A stretch of 57,404 bases of DNA, counting the filler, from Sphacelaria rigidula (lineage: Eukaryota): NCBI GenBank assembly GCA_964200075.2. It is 8 parts of 8 records of this genome, joined end to end, with 100 filler letters (N's around TTAATTAATTAA, not from the genome) between each part and the next. Parts side by side here need not be neighbours in the genome. Positions count along the whole stretch, not along the records: positions 1 to 7,088 come from CAXNAA020016543.1; positions 7,189 to 14,276 come from CAXNAA020016544.1; 6 more parts are not named here. One strand, given 5' to 3'. Of the stretch, positions 1 to 11,765 are shown one piece after another (the stretch's first letter is position 1; each line of letters opens with the position of its first letter). The notes below the pieces were generated by a model that saw nothing but the letters and a program-made list of their open reading frames with translations, was not told the origin of the DNA and made no database searches. Position numbers and translations under genes: made by a program.

Positions 1-157
1 TAGGTGCACCTAGCCACAGCTGCTCAACTGCTGCGAACATTTGGGGGGGAAGATGGCTTCCCTCGGTCGCAAGTGTTTCGCGTCTTCCCTGCAAGAGAGA
101 AATGCCACTTCAACCCCATTTTAGAGATCAACCCCAAAAATTAGGATCCGCTGCTAT

Positions 158-1212
158 ATGAGCAACTTCGTGTCTCTGGAACCAGTAGCAGTGTGTACTG
201 CCGAATCGACTGCTGCATCTCTGCTGAATTTGTGCAAACCCTTGGGGTGCGGCGTGTGTGGGTAAGTGATACCGCCACGCATTTCAAGAATGCGATCTAG
301 GCCCGATTGCGAGAGGCTTTGCACGTTGATCACCAGTTTGCGGTGGCGTATTGTCCGTGATCTAACGGTACGTGCAAACGCATGGTCAAGGAAGTACTTC
401 GTGCTCTTCGCTCTATTCTTTTCGAGCGTCGTAGAGCGGTTTCCGAGTGGGTAAACGTGTTGCCGGCGGTGCAATGGGCGCTCAATGCAGCGTATCGTCA
501 TTGGTACGATAGTACGCCATTTTACGTGATGTTTCGCCGTGCTCTTGGGGCGTCTTTCTCGGTGCTGGCGTCTTTGTCGGCGAGGGAATGGAAGTGTCAT
601 GTTTTGGACGATGTTCAAATCAAGCGTGCACAGCAAGGAGTCTTGGACTTCCAAGAACGTTTCCACGTTCAAGTGCAGGAACGTGTTGCCGCTGAACGTG
701 CGCATAGACGTAAGGGGTCTTCGTCGGGGCTGGAACTGCCGAATTTTGAGGTAGGCGACTATGTTTTGTATGCACGCGTGCGTCGTTCGGGTGTTACGCC
801 CAAGTCGATGGCGACGTGGACTGGTCCATGGAGAGTGGTGCTAACCAACCCGCACGTGTTTGAGATTCAGCACATTACTTCGGGCCGTGTTCAGACCACC
901 CATGTGGCTCGTTTGCATTTTTATGCAGACTCGCAGCTTATTGTTACGGCTGACGTTGAGGACGTGTTTTAGTATGCTTTCAGTCAGGGGCAATTTCAGA
1001 TGGTTGGTATTATCCGAATGGCAGAAGTAGACGATTGGTCGTTGATCGTGTTGATCTACTCCATTGGTTTCGAAGTTGAGAAGCGTACGTGGCAGCCTTT
1101 CGAGGATATTTTCGAGGTCGCTCCGGAATTTCTCACGAAGGACTTGCGTAAATTGCGCGTGACTCGTGCCGTTGCTGCTCGCATTACGAGTGAGTTTGGT
1201 ATTCAGCCGTGA
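158..1212 (+). pseudogene. Ty3/gypsy element A: decayed integrase core, C-terminus and chromodomain
   Basis: Reads MSNFVSLEP...RVWVSDTATHFKN, MVKEVLRALR...WVNVLPAVQWALN, WTGPWRVV and a chromodomain-like GFEVEKRTWQPFEDIF. Contains stops and frameshifts; paralogous to the integrase at 4724-6100. Confidence 0.9.
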
Positions 1213-1286
1213 CTTACTCATCTTTTTGGCGTTTTTTATGTGTCAAGCTTGTTGGTTGATTTTCGTATAACGCGCTTTGGGGGTGC

Positions 1287-1505
1287 TGCGACGAAATTAC
1301 GCGGTTACGCTGAGTTGGTAGTGATGATATGGATAATGACCGGGGACACGAAGTTGATACCCTGGCGTATCTAGGTGGGTGCCTTGGAACGGCACTCCAC
1401 GATAATGATATGTTATGAAGGCTGACAACTGGAGCTGAGACCAGTAAGACTAGGGAGTCTCTCAACAGCAGTGATCCACCGGTCCTTCTTCTGGCTGGCG
1501 TCACA
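1287..1505 (+). repeat. 3' LTR of gypsy element A (~219 bp)
   Basis: Follows the pol stop and a G-rich tract (TTGGGGGTGC). TG...CA ends with terminal inverted repeat TGCGACG/CGTCACA; gag codons of another element start immediately after. Confidence 0.7.
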
Positions 1506-3762
1506 AAGTTCATTAAGGCGCATGGCCGACGCGATTCTGCGGCAAGTGCAGGTGGTACGCGCCGCAAACGACAACAGCAACAGAAATAGCAACCTTCTTT
1601 GCGAGCGTCGCCCACTCGCGCGTGTTACAACTGCGGCGACAACGGACACCTGATTAGGGACTGCCCAAAGCCTCGCGCTCCCGGCACTGCTCAAAGAAAT
1701 GCGTGAGATTCATCAGGAACTCGACGCGGTCGTCACGATGGACGGGACCGTGCCAACCAGGGACGCGGGCACGGCGGCCGCGGTAGCAAGAAATCGGCGG
1801 CGGGAGGTGGTTCCTCCGCTGCTGTGTCTACCACTTCGTCATCAGGTGGTGACTCTGGATCTTATGGCTCGTCCGTGTCGGGGCGGACGGTGTACGGGAG
1901 AAATGCAAATACTTCGGTGGGCAGTGCTGGAGCGAATAGTTCACAACCCCTCGGCCAGGTAGGATTCGTGTCTGGCGCATCTCCTACTGCTTTGACGGCT
2001 GTAACAGCGCCGTCTGCATATTCGGCGACGTGGTCTGGGTGGACCGCCGATTCTCAACTATCGATGTCAAGTGCTGGAGGGCAGCCCTGGCATCAGGTGA
2101 CTGTTGGTACCAACCAGGGTTCTTCAGCAGGCGTGGTACCTGTCGATCGCAATGCTGAATGTTCACGCGCAGATATTTCCTTGCCTGGTTCCGTAGGTTC
2201 GTTCATGGCCCGCCTTATTCTGGATTCTGGGTTCACGCTCACGTCGATCGGTGTGGGTTTGCTAGAACAAATGTCTTCGCAGTTTGGCGGCGCTCAGCTG
2301 TAGATTCCGTTCGGAAATGGACCGCAAACGGCACAGACCGCCACGAGTGCTCCCGTGACCGTTACACATAAAACGATGCCGATTGCTGTTAGCGTGCGTA
2401 CGCCGTGGGGGGCTGTAGAGTTGCAGCCCATTACTTTCGCTGCCATGCCGGTAGGGGCAACGTGGTTCTATTTGGGATGGTAACGATGAAGGAGCTCGGG
2501 ATTGATTTGTACCCACTGGCGTTGGATAAGTTATACCCGCGTGCTGTGCCAGTATCAACCGGCGTGGAAAACCCCAACTATCTTGCTGCGAGGCGTGTGA
2601 CCGTATCCATACGGTCATTCCAGAGCGCCAATGAGGAGGAGGCTCCTGCGGATGAAGCGATGGGGCACTTGATCGATCGGGGGCCGACATGTCCATAGAC
2701 CCTGCGGAGGAGAGAGGTGCTAGAGAACGTGCGCTAGAGGATAGCGTGCAGCAGGCCGAGCAGAAGGGCCTGAGCGCCGATGGCGCATATCGTCTGCGTG
2801 ATATTTTGACTCGTCGCGTGGATACAGTTCGTCGTGCGCTGCGTGGTGACCCGCCAGCGCGCGTAGAGCCCATGAGGGTACAGTTCAAGCCCCAGGCAAA
2901 GGCGGTGAAGGCCAAGCCCAGGCGTTACGATTCGGTGAAGACCGGGTGGCTTGCTTCATGCCTCGCAGCTTTGGTGGCGTTTGGTTTAGTGGCTTGGAGT
3001 ATCCCGGTTGTGTGGGCGAATCCGGCGATGGCGGTGCCAAAGAGGGACATATTCTGTTCGATCAGCGACTATCAGGCGGTGAACGCGCAAGTGAAACAGT
3101 CTCCGGGGGTGGTGCTAAGCCAAGAAGATCTGCGGGAGTTGCTGTATGCCCGATGCTTCGGCAAGTTGGACCTGCTACAGGGGTATTGGCAGATGCCTCT
3201 GGTGCCGGAGGCTCAGGCGATCTTCACGATCGTGATGCCTGGCGGTTTGTTTACGCCTACTCGTGTTCCGCAGGGCGTGTTGAACGCCACGGCGTATTTC
3301 CAAGGTGTGCTGACTGACATTGTGCGAGGTCTAAACTGTCAAGTGTGGATAGATGACGTTTCTATTTTGCTGAAACCGAGGAAGCATTGTTAGCTTTTCT
3401 TGACGAAATTCCTCGCCGCTTGGGAGTGCTGGTCTGTTTGCCACTGCGCGTAAGTGCACTTGTTCTGCTCGCGAAGTGGCTTGGTGTGGTGAGGTGTACT
3501 CCAAGGGTACTGTTTTGCATGATCCCGTCCGCATCCAAGGTTTGAGCAATATGCGACGTCCTCGAACCGCTAATGAGCTGATGCAGTTTCTGCAGGCGGG
3601 GCATTGGTTGCGGCCTTCGCTCCCGCGCATGGCGGAAGTGGTTGCGCCGCTTCGTGTGTCTTTGGAACAACTTATGGTCGCGGCTTTGCGTCGGACCAAG
3701 CGGGTGGCGCGTAATCGTATCATCCCGGAGGATGCTTGGACGAAGGATCGTATGCGGGCATG

Positions 3763-3981
3763 ACGTTGTGATGCGTGAGAGGACCGCGTGGTTAGAGGAC
3801 CGCGCCGTGGCTCAAAACACCTCAGGATCGACGGTTTTCAAAACCAATTGGGTCTGTCCCTTGAGGTACCACGCCCCTGACCATAACACTAACGCTAACC
3901 CTAACCCTAACCCTAGCCATAGGGATGTTTAAATTCCGATGCGGTCCTCTAAACACGCGGTCCTCTCGCGCATTACAGCGT
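3763..3981. mobile_element. MITE with ~40-bp TIRs and internal telomere-like hexamers
   Basis: ACGTTGTGATGCGTGAGAGGACCGCGTGGTTAGAGGACCGC is mirrored by GCGGTCCTCTAAACACGCGGTCCTCTCGCGCATTACAGCGT; the gypsy RT-connection frame resumes after it. Confidence 0.8.
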
Positions 3982-5313
3982 GCTGCGCAAGCTTTGATAG
4001 CGCAAGCGGTGCCGCTGTCTCATCCTCGTCCAGGATGCGTGATTCTGATGTTTCCCGATGTTTTGGATTTCCACTGGGGTCGTTTTTAAACGCAAGTGCC
4101 TGTCGCAGAGTTGAGTAGTGGCATCGCGCTCGAAAACATGTCACACGAACCGTTGGCTTTTCCGAGTGGAAGCTTCAAGGGCTCACAGTTGCGGTGGACG
4201 ACAGTGGACACGACAGGTTTCGCGATAGTCAATACATTTTGAAGGCAAGAGTACTTGCTTCGGGGTGGTCTTCGCATTTTCACCGATCATCGAAATCCGA
4301 AATACATATTTAATCCCGAAGAGCTTGTCACATCGGTGACGAAGGCCACGGCGCAACGGCTTGAAGATTGGAAAGGAGTGCTCGGCAAATATCGGTATGC
4401 CGTTGAACACATTCCTGGAGAGCGCAATTGTTGGGGAGATTCGTTTTTTCGCTGGGTGAAGGTTCCTACCGTGCCTCTTCGTTCTGTTGCCGTATACAGC
4501 CCGTATGATGCCGATGATTCGCTGCCCTCGTTAGATGTCATTCGTACCGCACAGCGCAAAACAGTCGGCGACGGTGTTCACTCTCTTCCTACGACATGCG
4601 GTCAAGCTGCTTTGACTGACGATGGTTTGTTTCGCGTGCGTGTTGGCAGTAGTGATGTTTTGTGGATTCCATCGGATGATAAAGCTGTGGCGCCGACTCT
4701 GTTTTCTTTGAAAGAATACTCACATGGATTCCCACGTTCGCGAGTTCGCTCGTCAGTGTTTGCATTGTGTAAACACTCCTGCTGGTGCGGTTGTACCTCG
4801 TCCGTATGGCGATACTGTGCATGATACCGCGCCAGGTGAAGTTGTTCACTCCTATTTTATGTACGTCGGAAGTAGAGGACTTGAAGGTGCTAATGGTTTG
4901 CCTGATGATGATGGTTTTCGGTACGTTCTTGTCATCATGGATGATTTGTCAAATTTCATTTGGTTGGAGCCGACCGAGGCTTGCACCGCCGAGGTTACGG
5001 CTAAGCACTTGCTCCGTTGGTGCAAGACTTTGGTGGTGTCGCGTGTGTGGGTTAGTGATACCGCCACGTACTTCAAGAATCGAGTGATCGCGCAGCTGAG
5101 CGACGCGCTCAAGGTGCAACACCAATTCGCTGTTGCGTATACCCCTTGGCCGAATGGTGCTTGTGAACGCATGGTGAAAGAGGTTGTTCGTGCGTTGCGG
5201 TTGATTTTGTCGGAACAGAGACGGCCGGTGTCTGAATGGGTTGATGTTTTGCCAGCCGCTCAGTGGGCGTTGAATACTTCTTTTCGCGAATGCTATCGTA
5301 ATACTCCGTATTG

Positions 5314-5757
5314 AACACCGGATCTTACAAATTGGGGATGGATCTTTTATTGAGGATGAGAAACCCAGAGAATGAAAATATTCGTATCCACACCCAATCT
5401 TCGAAGTATGCTTCCATTTCTTCACTTACTGATAGCTATTGACAACTGCTACACGCCATAAAAAAATGGATTTCGATCACCGAAATGTTGAGGCCCTAGG
5501 TGAAAAACCATTTTCGGGGAATGTCGGGTGTCCGAACGGACGCCAAAATGGTTCCGAAATTGGTTTTTCACCTAGGACCGCAAAATGTCGGTGATCGGAA
5601 TCCAAATTTCTATGGCGTGTAGCAGTTGCCAATAGCCACCAGTAGGTGAAGAAATGGAAGCATATCTCGAAGAGTTGGTGTGGATACGAAGATTTTCATT
5701 CTCCAGGTTTCTCATCCCCAATAAAAGATTCATCCCCAATTTGTAAGGTCTCGTGTT
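5314..5757. mobile_element. Foldback-type MITE (444 bp, ~200-bp inverted arms, ATTG target duplication)
   Basis: Ends AACAC...GTGTT flanked by ATTG on both sides; removal restores integrase NTPYCVMFG. Confidence 0.88.
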
Positions 5758-7088
5758 ATTGTGTGATGTTTGGGAGTGCGCCGCGTACAGCGTTTTCCGC
5801 GCTGGTTTCTGTCACTGGCGGCGAGTGGGACGTCGATGTCATGGATGCTGATACGTTGCGTGACAAGGTTCGAGGCGTGGTTGACGAGCAAGTGCGGTGT
5901 TGTAAAGAAGTGCAAGCTGCTGTCGCGGTGTCTCGCGAAACCACACGCAAGCTTACTCAGGGCCAGGCTGTGTTGTCTGAGTTTGCAGTTGGCGATTTCG
6001 TATTGTATGCCCGTGTTCGTCGGCAAGGTGTGACGCCAAAGTTGATGTCCNNNNNNNNNNGGTCGGAAGCAATCACGCTCACGTGTACTTGGTGCAAAAC
6101 TGCGTTTGATCCGGGTGCCGACAAGTAAATTAGCGTCGGAGTATGGTATTTATTTGTGACTGGCGCATGCGATTTCGCCTTGGGTTTTGCTGGTTGTCAA
6201 GCTCGTTCGCTTCTCTTGAACTCGCTTTGAGGGTGCCGTAGCCAAATGATAGCAAGCTGAAGGTTCCAGTATAATGATCGCATGCATCATTGGAGCAGTG
6301 GCAGGGGACAGGGGATCCTGGATTGATGGCCCAATTCTGTGTGGCCCCTTGCTGTCTGGCTCGTGATCTGATCTGTTGACGATTATTCCGTGATCATAAC
6401 AAGGTAGAAAAAAGGACTTGTCGAGCACGAGGCCGGTGCTACTGGAGGAGTCCCTGCTTGAAAGTCCACTTGTTCAGATCGCTTGGCAGGGGCTATGATG
6501 TTTCTGCTGCTGTTGATGTTGTTGATATGTCAGCGATGGCGACTCTCAACCCATCAGCCCCTTACTTGCAGCACAGATCCGTTCAGCATACATATGTCTT
6601 CGCGTCGCCAAGCATCCTCGAACTCCTTCGCCCTTTCTCGACCCCCAGATGTCATTTCACCACCATGGATTTCGTGGTAATGACCCGATCTTGTGAAGCT
6701 TTAACGTCCATGCCGTCGACGAATCATTCCCTCCGTTCTCCCGTGGGTAAAGCAGCTTCTAGCTCACCCAGATTTTCATAAAGTCGCCCGGTAGTATTTG
6801 GAAGACCGGCAAGCCTCCTTGGGTCCTTGTCTGGCCAAGCATCCGAACACGATGCGCTTGGACGACGTATCTTGTCCTGCTGGACAAGGACCCCCACAAA
6901 CCATTCGGTATGATGTGGGGCATGGTGGGGAGTCACCTGTGATCGTTCTGCACGGTGCTTGTTTTGAACTGTCTTGACCGCAAGCGGTACCTTTAACGCC
7001 ATCTTCTGTCCATCCTTCAAGTAACAGCAAATTGTGCGAATTGAGGTTTAACTCTGAGATGAGGCTCAAGTGGGCAACCCGACTTGCG

Positions 7089-7188
7089 NNNNNNNNNNNN
7101 NNNNNNNNNNNNNNNNNNNNNNNNNNNNNNNNTTAATTAATTAANNNNNNNNNNNNNNNNNNNNNNNNNNNNNNNNNNNNNNNNNNNN
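7089..7188. other. Artificial contig linker (also 14277-14376, 21465-21564, 28653-28752, 35841-35940, 43029-43128, 50217-50316)
   Basis: 44N + TTAATTAATTAA (stops in all six frames) + 44N, recurring every 7188 bp. Confidence 0.97.
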
Positions 7189-9848
7189 ACTGTATCGTAA
7201 GACAAGATGTACTATTTGATACCCGTACGTGGTACGTACACTGTTTCATCCTCCCCCTCCCAGAAAATCCCCCCCCCCTCCCCCCCCTGGGAGATGAGTT
7301 GAGTATCATTGCTTAGTGCGATGGCAGTCTATAGTTGAACCTGCAGTACGTGATATCCCATCTCCCCCACGCGTGCGCGTGCTGATTTTATCGTGCGGGC
7401 GCCCAATTACGACCTCAGGATTAGGCGTCCAAACAGAACCTCGAGCGGTCGCTTGTGGTTTCGGGTCCTGAATCACCCGGAAATTCATTACACGGGTGCC
7501 AGCAGAAATAAAACGTTGAATTGTTCAATGGGGACGTTTGTTGCATACTGGCACAGGTAGACGAGATTTCATCGTTCTCAGGTCATGTGCGTCTCTTCGT
7601 CGTATACCGGTAAGGGGGTACCAATCATGGCTGTCCTCGCCCTACTCGGCTCTCAGCACAGACTGCACTTGCGTTTGTCCAGTGATGGATTCATGGCGTT
7701 TTACATACAATTTTGCCGCCAATACTTCGACCGCTAAGCCAGGTCCTGTATTTGGCCCGCTTCTGCGCCTGCACAAAGTTTCACCACCAAGATCCCTTTG
7801 CCGGAACGTTATTCAAGCATTGTGTCGCGTCTTCTTCCTGGACCCCAAATTTGGTAGCACAGATCCGTCCTGTCCGCAGATACCTTCACTGCAACTTCTC
7901 GTTTGTTGGTTCCTTCCATTGCACTGCACGAAAATTTCGAAATTATCTGTTTTGTGAGTGTCGAGGCTCGGGACTGCTGCATGTCTCGTGGGCGTATGTA
8001 TACCCCTCAACGGCCCCTTTTCCGTCTACATGGGTCGCGTCGTTACGTTGTTGTGGCCTTTGGTGTAACTTGACCTTTGGACCGCGGTGTCGGTAGTCCA
8101 TCGGCATCATGCATACTTTTCTCAAGTGAACACTGATGCCGATTCAGAAGGTGACCTATTCTCGTGGTCAATACCAGTTGCCAAAATGTATAGTTGGCAC
8201 ATGCATCAACTTGTTTTCTGTAGCCTCAACCCCAGCCATCGCGGAAACTCTTGGCCATGGGCAGGGTGCTAGGAGGATGCTATGGACAACATGTGGGTCG
8301 GTAGGGTTCAAACTAGCGCGAAGTTGAGCCGTAGCATGTGCTCCGCTGCGCACCCAGCGCGCGCTTGTGACTGTCGGCCTAGGTGGTTGATCCAAATTTG
8401 CCGATCTCTACTAAACCAAAGATTTGTCAACCCATGGAATGCGACTACGGGCTGGGCGGAGCTCTACTATCTATATGGCGGAAGGTACTCATGGTGTAGA
8501 TCGTGCCGTAGTCACACCCTTCATCTCCCGCCCGAGATGGAGAGTGGTGGCGTCCCGTTGATGGGTGAGGATCAATATCAAATGCTTCTTTTGTCGTGCA
8601 CTTGGACCCGTTGCTAGGCAGGTTACTCTAGCTTTCGGAGTAATCCCGACTTCCGGTCCTGTATTGCACATGTTCATCGAACAGGCGCGACCCTGTAGTG
8701 TAGTTCATGTTTGAATCCCTTGCTACATCATCTCCCCTGATCACTGTACTGTACTCATTCCCCTGATCACTGTGGGGGCGGGCGGAGGGTGGTACGTACT
8801 CTGTCCTGCCCCTCTCAGCCACTCATGTATTTCCTGGAGGGCAGGATTGTGTAGCGTGATTACTGATCGATATGGACAAGTGACAGTTTGAGCGATCGTG
8901 TCACTCTTGAACATGCGTTTCAATATGTAAAGATCCGCAGAAAAACGCGGGGGAATGAAAACGGGGTGCTGCATCTGCTCTGTTGCTTGCGGGAGCACCC
9001 GCCGCCGCCTCGGTTTGACGTTCAGACAGCATATTACATGGAAGTGCTCAAATTAGCTTTATCTACTTCGATGAGTTCTCAAGGCAGGAAACGTACACAT
9101 CAGCATATTCACAACATCCGACCCAAAGGCTAGGAATGAGTTCAGATAGACTTGTATCGGCACCGATCGTAACCGGCCTGATCTGATATACCTCTCAACA
9201 AGTTTTAAAACTCGTTCTTCATCAGCCACAAGAGCCTGAGCAGTCGAAGAGAACCTGTCGTGAGGTCTCCGTGAGACCTGCACAATAATACACTTATCGA
9301 TGTGATGTGCACCGCCTTTGAGGAAATCTAATTTGAGTAATCAAATCACGGTGCACCGCAAGCAACCGTGTCACGGCATGTAGAAGGAGCCTCCTCCCCC
9401 AGAATACCTGTGCACAGATGGATCTTCATTAGACCTGCAGAATATATATTCACCGATATCCTCAAGCGGTTCCTGAAGAAGTTGAACTTGAACTGTGAAA
9501 TGAGGACGTTTCATGAGTACTTCGTGTGGCCTGTGGCTTTTGCTTGAATTTTTTCTTTCCTTTCCTTCTTTCTTATTCTGCTCTTTTTTGTTGTTGCTCC
9601 TGATGAGAGAAATCAATCAAGAAGCAATGATGCTGCGATAGTTCGTGTCGAACGCTGTATTGCCTGAATACACCCCATGCCAACTCACCGATTCCGACTC
9701 GAGGCCTCCAGGGCAGGTGTCGAGCAGCTTGTGCAAAGCTGATGCCATATCACGATTCTGTCAATGATCAAGGTAATTCCATCAAATGGTTTTATACCCC
9801 GGTCCGCCAACATCTACCGAACGGTACTTGTATATGTTCCCCATTCAT

Positions 9849-10016
9849 CTCGATAAATAATAAAGGCAAACACCGCTGAAGGTGAGGTGGGGTACTAAAA
9901 ACAAAAAGAAAAGAAGAAGCTCCTGTGTTGACCTTCCTCCTGTGGGACCCGGGCTGGTGCGCCCACATACACCGAAAGGTGTAGACCGTCGTCCAGAACA
10001 GATGGGATGACAACAT
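9849..10016 (+). mobile_element. 3' part of tRNA-derived SINE family 1
   Basis: CTCCTGTGTTGACCTTCCTCCTGTG...CCGAAAGGTGTAGACC...AGATGGGA core shared with the full copies at 37906 and 38443. Confidence 0.8.
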
Positions 10017-11685
10017 CTCCTCTGAGAATAATCACGAGTGTGGAGTATTTGTTTCCCCCCCGCCTAAAGTCGGCGTCGGGGCATTACTGCTTCCCGCTCA
10101 TGTCGCGGGATACTCGGATAGACCTCCTTATTGCGCGACCTCCTCGGCCCAAGCCCTGAGACAGGTTTTTTTTTTTTATTGAAGGTGAAGACACGCTGCC
10201 CCAACAACGACCAGTTTCAAGTGGTATGAAGAAGCAGTCTTGTCCGGATCGAAGCCCAGATCTGGAGACAGGCATGCAGAACTGCGGCGTTCCTGGAAGT
10301 GGTTGTTCGTCCAACCCCTCTACTGCTACAGACAGGACGCGAGAAGGCAACACAACACCTACACACCGACCCCCCGAAAAACCACGCGAAGACACCGGCA
10401 TCATTCTTGCGCATTAGCTCCAACGCTAGCTCTTGCTCATCTACCCTCGGCAGTCTTTGTTTGACGAAAGTCTGTCCAGTGTTGGATGCAAGACGGCCGA
10501 CTGCGTGTCATAATGTATTGTGATAACGTGCCGTTGCCGACTCTTTGTGTGCGTGTGCTGTGCGCGTGTCTCACGCAAATCACCTTTGTCCATGATTTTT
10601 CGTTTAAATTGAGCAAGGTCATTCACGACATTCTCAGCTGATGAGAACCCATGAATCGAGCTGTGTGTGTTTTTGGTTTGCTGGGGTATTGCGACCCTCA
10701 GGTTCACGTTTGATATCGTTTGGATTCTTTGTCAAGCCTTTGCTTGTGCCGTCGTCAACGGGACATTTTATGTTCCCCTTCGTGGTGTCACAAAAATCAA
10801 TTTTGCGAGATGATTTTGTGGCACTTTTCGGGGGGGAGTGGTCTCGCAGCGACCCATCACCGCCCTATAATTCTCGAGGTAATTTTTTCGAAATAACAAT
10901 CACTCTCGGTAAGAACCCGCCTGACTGGGCTTCGGGACTCTTTCTCGGTACCGGTAATGGTTACTACATCGGAGTGTTTCTCTTTCGTATTTCATCTTGT
11001 TTTTCTTTCGTCTTGACTATCCCTACCCGTATCCTCTTCCAATTTTTGCTCACTTTTTTTTCAAAGCGAGTGTCGTGGTCTACCTTGGAGTATGTTGATG
11101 TGATGACCAACTGGCTTCGTGAAAGATTTGACGATATCTGGCGATCGATATATCGATCGAAATCAACTCGCGGGTGCGCAGTAGGTACCAAACAAAGCGA
11201 CACACAGTACTGTCCAACGAAAGAACGCGACTCTAGGCACCTCAAGGTTCAGCCCTTGCACCGCCCGCGGTGTAGTAGGTGTCAATCTGTCGAACCGGTA
11301 TCATTTTCACTCCCAGGAATGATCCATAAGATTTTCGGCGCTTCCTAACGATTCATCTCATGGAGCAAACAGTCACGCACGAGGTGTTTCTCGGACTGGG
11401 TTACTGAGACCAATCAACCCGTCTCCGAGGTCAAGGTTCAAGCCTTCCATCGCCCACAGCATATCTATCTATTGAGCACTAAGTGTTGCAGGGTACCGTA
11501 GTCGATCTGAGTCGCGACAGCTATCACGACGTGGCGCAGGGACGCTCGGTCCTCTGTCCTTCAAGAACTCATTGTTATCGTTGACACTTGTTGGCCCATT
11601 GCTTTCGAGCTTCGTCTCAGAACAGTATCGCTAGCTGACAATGCCGATTTTCATGAGGCAGGAGTGTCTTTCAGGGGTCCCAGAG

Positions 11686-11765
11686 GTATTGGAAAGGCGA
11701 GCCTACCTCTGTGACCACGGGTTCGCGAGATCGGACTAATGTGCGGAAATGATGATAATAATAAT
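11686..11765 (+). repeat. LINE/SINE 3' end with (AAT)n tail (near-identical copy 42324-42411, weaker 12592-12645)
   Basis: GGTATTGGAAAGGCGAGCCTAC.TCTGTGACCACGGGTTCGCGAGATCGGACTAATGTGCGGAAAT followed by AAT repeats. Confidence 0.7.

Larger units (their letters stand above)
1506..6100 (+). mobile_element. Ty3/gypsy element B: decayed gag-PR-RT-RNase H-IN
   Basis: Zinc knuckle CYNCGDNGHLIRDC (1623-1664), protease LILDSG, RT FGKLDLLQGYWQ...RVPQGVLNA...WIDD, RNase H IFTDHRN...EHIPGERN, integrase CLHC...WVSDTATYF...NGACERM. Gypsy domain order; many disablements; two MITE insertions. Confidence 0.92.

Noticed and set aside
7133-7144. TTAATTAATTAA as a biological motif
   Set aside because: Synthetic six-frame stop linker inside N runs.
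10641-11348. 235-aa ORF
   Set aside because: No recognisable motif; runs through T-rich low-complexity sequence; no splice support.
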